Positions 6,192 through 8,537 of a stretch of 8,537 bases of DNA are shown here, piece by piece. Source of the stretch: a virus (lineage: Duplodnaviria; Heunggongvirae; Uroviricota; Caudoviricetes); the IMG/VR virus record IMGVR_UViG_2681813314_000007. The stretch is one strand, 5' to 3'. Under the pieces are notes generated by a model, which ran no database searches, was not told where the DNA came from, and saw only the letters and a program-made list of their open reading frames with translations. Each line of letters begins with the position of its first letter. Within the stretch, counting starts at the first letter, position 1. The position numbers and the translations under genes are program-made.

Positions 6192-6339
6192 TGAATTTTG
6201 TGATGCGGTGAATGCGGCTGAGCGCACGCGGAACAGTTAAAACCAAAAACAGTGTTATGGGTGGATTCTCTGTATCCGGCGTTAATTGTTAACTGGTAAA
6301 CGTCACCTGGAGGCACCAGGCACCGCATCACAAAATTCA
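6192..6339 (+). repeat. 19-bp perfect inverted repeat enclosing about 110 nt between dicF and dicB (candidate long-range RNA stem / RNase III processing site)
   Basis: TGAATTTTGTGATGCGGTG at 6192-6210 is the exact reverse complement of CACCGCATCACAAAATTCA at 6321-6339. The 3' arm ends 5 nt before the dicB SD (GAGGA, 6345-6349). Confidence 0.6.
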
Positions 6340-6356
6340 TTGTTGAGGACGCGATA

Positions 6357-6545
6357 ATGGAAACGTTATTACCAAACGTTAATACGTCTGAAGGTTGTTT
6401 TGATATTGGTGTTCTGCTCAGTAACCGGGAGTTTACGGAAGATGCCATTAAGATGAGAAAATATGAACCTTATCTTCTCAATGATAATTCCATACTTTCC
6501 AGAATTGCCCTTCTTGAACTTGGTATTATCGGAGAACAGCAGTGA
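6357..6545 (+). CDS. dicB: DicB cell-division inhibitor (MinC-dependent)
   Basis: 62 aa beginning METLLPNVNTSEGCF, matching my recollection of E. coli DicB. SD GAGGA 7 nt upstream. Located directly downstream of dicF. Confidence 0.9.
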   Translation: METLLPNVNTSEGCFDIGVLLSNREFTEDAIKMRKYEPYLLNDNSILSRIALLELGIIGEQQ

Positions 6546-6730
6546 CTTCAGCATTTGCACTGGTGATGACCGTTTTTCTTATAACGGGTGAGCCACAAAA
6601 TGTGATTACCGGAATTTATGACAGTAAGTCATCCTGCATTCAGGTAAGGGACGAACAAAAAATCCCCGGTGAATGCCTCCCGTTAAAAAAAGTATCGCTG
6701 AACCTGAATAACGAAATACCGGCTGGATAA
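6542..6730 (+). CDS. ydfD: YdfD-like small protein with hydrophobic N-terminus (lysis-associated in Qin)
   Basis: 62 aa. GTG start overlaps the dicB stop (aGTGA). N-terminus SAFALVMTVFLITGEP is hydrophobic and resembles YdfD. Position immediately after dicB matches Qin. Confidence 0.75.
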   Translation: MTSAFALVMTVFLITGEPQNVITGIYDSKSSCIQVRDEQKIPGECLPLKKVSLNLNNEIPAG

Positions 6731-6825
6731 CTCGCCAGCCATATTAACGCCATACCAACGGATTAAAAATGCCAGCAATGGCAGGGATTCGTTCACCCTG
6801 AAATCTGTAATGAGGTTAAAACAAA

Positions 6826-8537
6826 ATGAGTAAAGTCTTTATTTGCGCCGCCATTCCGGACGAACAGGCAATAAAGGAAGAAGGTGCCGTCGCTGTAGCC
6901 ACTGCCATTGAAGCCGGTGATGAACGTCGCGCCCGCGCAAAATTTCACTGGCAATTCCTGGAACATTATCCGGCTGCTCAGGACTGCGCTTATAAATTTC
7001 TTGTCTGCGAGGATAAACCCGGTATACCCCGCCCTGCCCTCGATTCCTGGGATGCTGAATATATGCAGGAAAACCGCTGGGATGAGGAATCCGCTTCCTT
7101 TATTCCGGTCGAACCAGAATCCGATCCGATGAACGTCAATTTTGACAAGCTGTCCCTTGAAGTACAGAACGCGGTCCTGGTTAAGTTCGGTACATGTGAA
7201 AACATCACCGTTGATATGGCGATTGACGCGCAGGAATTACTGCAGGAAGACGTTGCTACCTTTGACGGGCATATCGTTGAAGCACTGATGAAAACGCCTG
7301 AAATTAACGCTATGTATCCGGAACGCAAACTGTTCGCTATCGGATGGGTTAAACACAAATGTAATCCGGGTGCCAAATGGCCCGAAATTCAGGCTGAATT
7401 ACGTAACTGGAAAAAACGGCAGGACGCAGAGCGCAAAGAGACTGGAAAATACACGTCTGTTGTTGATCTCGCCAGCGCCAGAGTCAATCAACAGAACACT
7501 GAAAACTCAGCAGGAAAAATCAACCCAGTCACTGCCGCCATTTGTCGCGAATACAAGCAGACATGGAAAACGCTGGATGAAGAACTGGCCTACGCTCTCT
7601 GGCCTGGTGATGTGGATGCCGGAAACATTGACGGCAGCATCCATCGCTGGGCAAAAAATGAAGTTATCGACAACGACCGCGAAGACTGGAAGCGTATCTC
7701 GGCATCAATGCGCAAACAGCCTGATGCCCTTCGCTACGACCGCCAGACTATTTTTGGCCTTGTCCGTGAACGTCCGATCGACATTCACAAAGACCCTGTG
7801 GCACTGAACAAATACATTACTGAATACCTGACTACAAAGGGCGTGTTTGAAGATGAAGGAAGAAATCAGAGCGCAACTGATACTCTCTCGTCGCCAGTAC
7901 CAGAAACTGATGCAGTGGAAACGGCAATTCCGGGCAACGAAAAAACCGAATGCAAAGTGGAAGTCGAACCATCTGTAGAGCGTGAGGGGCCGTTCTACTT
8001 CCTCTTCACCGACAAGGATGGCGAAAAATACGGTCGCGCAAACAAACTTTCTGGTCTGGAAAAAGCACTAGCCTTGGGAGCTACGGAAATCACAAAAGAG
8101 GAATACTTCGCACGTAAAAACGGCACGTACTCAGGTTCACAACAAAATACTGGTGCATCTGACACGACCGCACAACCAGAGCCGGTAAAAGTTACCGCTG
8201 ACGAAGTAAACAAAATTATGCAGGCAGCCAATATCAGCCAGCCTGACGCCGATAAGTTGCTTGCTGCCTCTCGCGGAGAATTTGTTGCAGGGATTAGCGA
8301 CCCGAATGATCCGAAATGGGTAAAGGGGATTGAAACCCGCGATTCTGTAAACCAGAACCAGCAAGAATCGGAACAGAACGACCAGAAAGCGGAACAAAAC
8401 AGCCCAAATACGCAACAAAACGAGCCAGAAACGAAACAACCTGAGCCAGTAGCGCAACAGGAACCGGAAAAAGTCTGCACCGCCTGCGGTCAGACCGGCG
8501 GCGGCAACTGCCCTGATTGTGGCGCGGTGATGGGCGA
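6826..8537 (+). CDS. Large early-operon protein, 5' partial (at least 570 codons, open to window end); possibly YdfE/RecE-N-terminal-like
   Basis: Uninterrupted frame from ATG 6826 (in-frame stop at 6811-6813 just upstream; SD GAGG 10 nt upstream) to the last base. Not in the ORF track because no stop falls within the window. Translation begins MSKVFICAAIPDEQAIKEEG and ends ...EPEKVCTACGQTGGGNCPDCGAVMG. Contains a Q/N/E-rich low-complexity segment followed by a CxxC-x8-CxxC motif. The track ORFs in this span are alternative-frame artefacts. Confidence 0.85.
   Translation, partial: MSKVFICAAIPDEQAIKEEGAVAVATAIEAGDERRARAKFHWQFLEHYPAAQDCAYKFLVCEDKPGIPRPALDSWDAEYMQENRWDEESASFIPVEPESDPMNVNFDKLSLEVQNAVLVKFGTCENITVDMAIDAQELLQEDVATFDGHIVEALMKTPEINAMYPERKLFAIGWVKHKCNPGAKWPEIQAELRNWKKRQDAERKETGKYTSVVDLASARVNQQNTENSAGKINPVTAAICREYKQTWKTLDEELAYALWPGDVDAGNIDGSIHRWAKNEVIDNDREDWKRISASMRKQPDALRYDRQTIFGLVRERPIDIHKDPVALNKYITEYLTTKGVFEDEGRNQSATDTLSSPVPETDAVETAIPGNEKTECKVEVEPSVEREGPFYFLFTDKDGEKYGRANKLSGLEKALALGATEITKEEYFARKNGTYSGSQQNTGASDTTAQPEPVKVTADEVNKIMQAANISQPDADKLLAASRGEFVAGISDPNDPKWVKGIETRDSVNQNQQESEQNDQKAEQNSPNTQQNEPETKQPEPVAQQEPEKVCTACGQTGGGNCPDCGAVMG

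Noticed and set aside
5800-6340. Retron-like msr/msd ncRNA, suggested by flanking inverted repeats and dense hairpins
   Set aside because: No reverse-transcriptase ORF is nearby and the region contains the recognisable DicF sRNA. The 19-bp inverted repeat is better explained as a processing stem in the dicB operon transcript.
6158-6560. Minus-strand ORFs 6158..6448 and 6369..6560
   Set aside because: They overlap dicF, the inverted-repeat stem and dicB on the opposite strand. The dicB reading is strongly supported by homology.
6908-8480. Track ORFs 6908..7132 (+), 6990..7376 (-), 7370..7807 (+), 7995..8480 (-) and 8137..8457 (-)
   Set aside because: All lie within the long uninterrupted plus-strand frame starting at 6826. 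They are alternative-frame or antisense artefacts.

Overview
This window is the immunity/early region of a lambdoid prophage of the Qin/Rac type, most likely from Escherichia or a close enterobacterial relative. A DicA-like repressor (3893..4300, +) and a divergent DicC-like Cro-type regulator (3589..3816, -) flank a 76-bp operator/promoter region. Leftward on the minus strand runs a replication operon: dicC-like, a YdaT-family gene in the cII position, an O-like initiator with an HTH N-terminus and DnaT-like C-terminal domain that carries an internal iteron/AT-rich candidate origin, a lambda-P-like helicase loader, and a conserved prophage protein. Rightward on the plus strand runs a dicB-type early operon: a 118-aa hypothetical, a YdfC-like small protein, an AT-rich two-gene insertion with convergent orientation, a structured GC-rich leader, the DicF sRNA, dicB, ydfD-like, and the 5' part of a large ORF that runs off the window end and is missing from the ORF track. 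The most interesting unexplained content is the AT-rich convergent gene pair (5178..5796) plus the hairpin-dense noncoding block (5800..6128) lying inside the dicB operon just upstream of dicF. All homology calls are from reading the translations against remembered family sequences; no database search was run.
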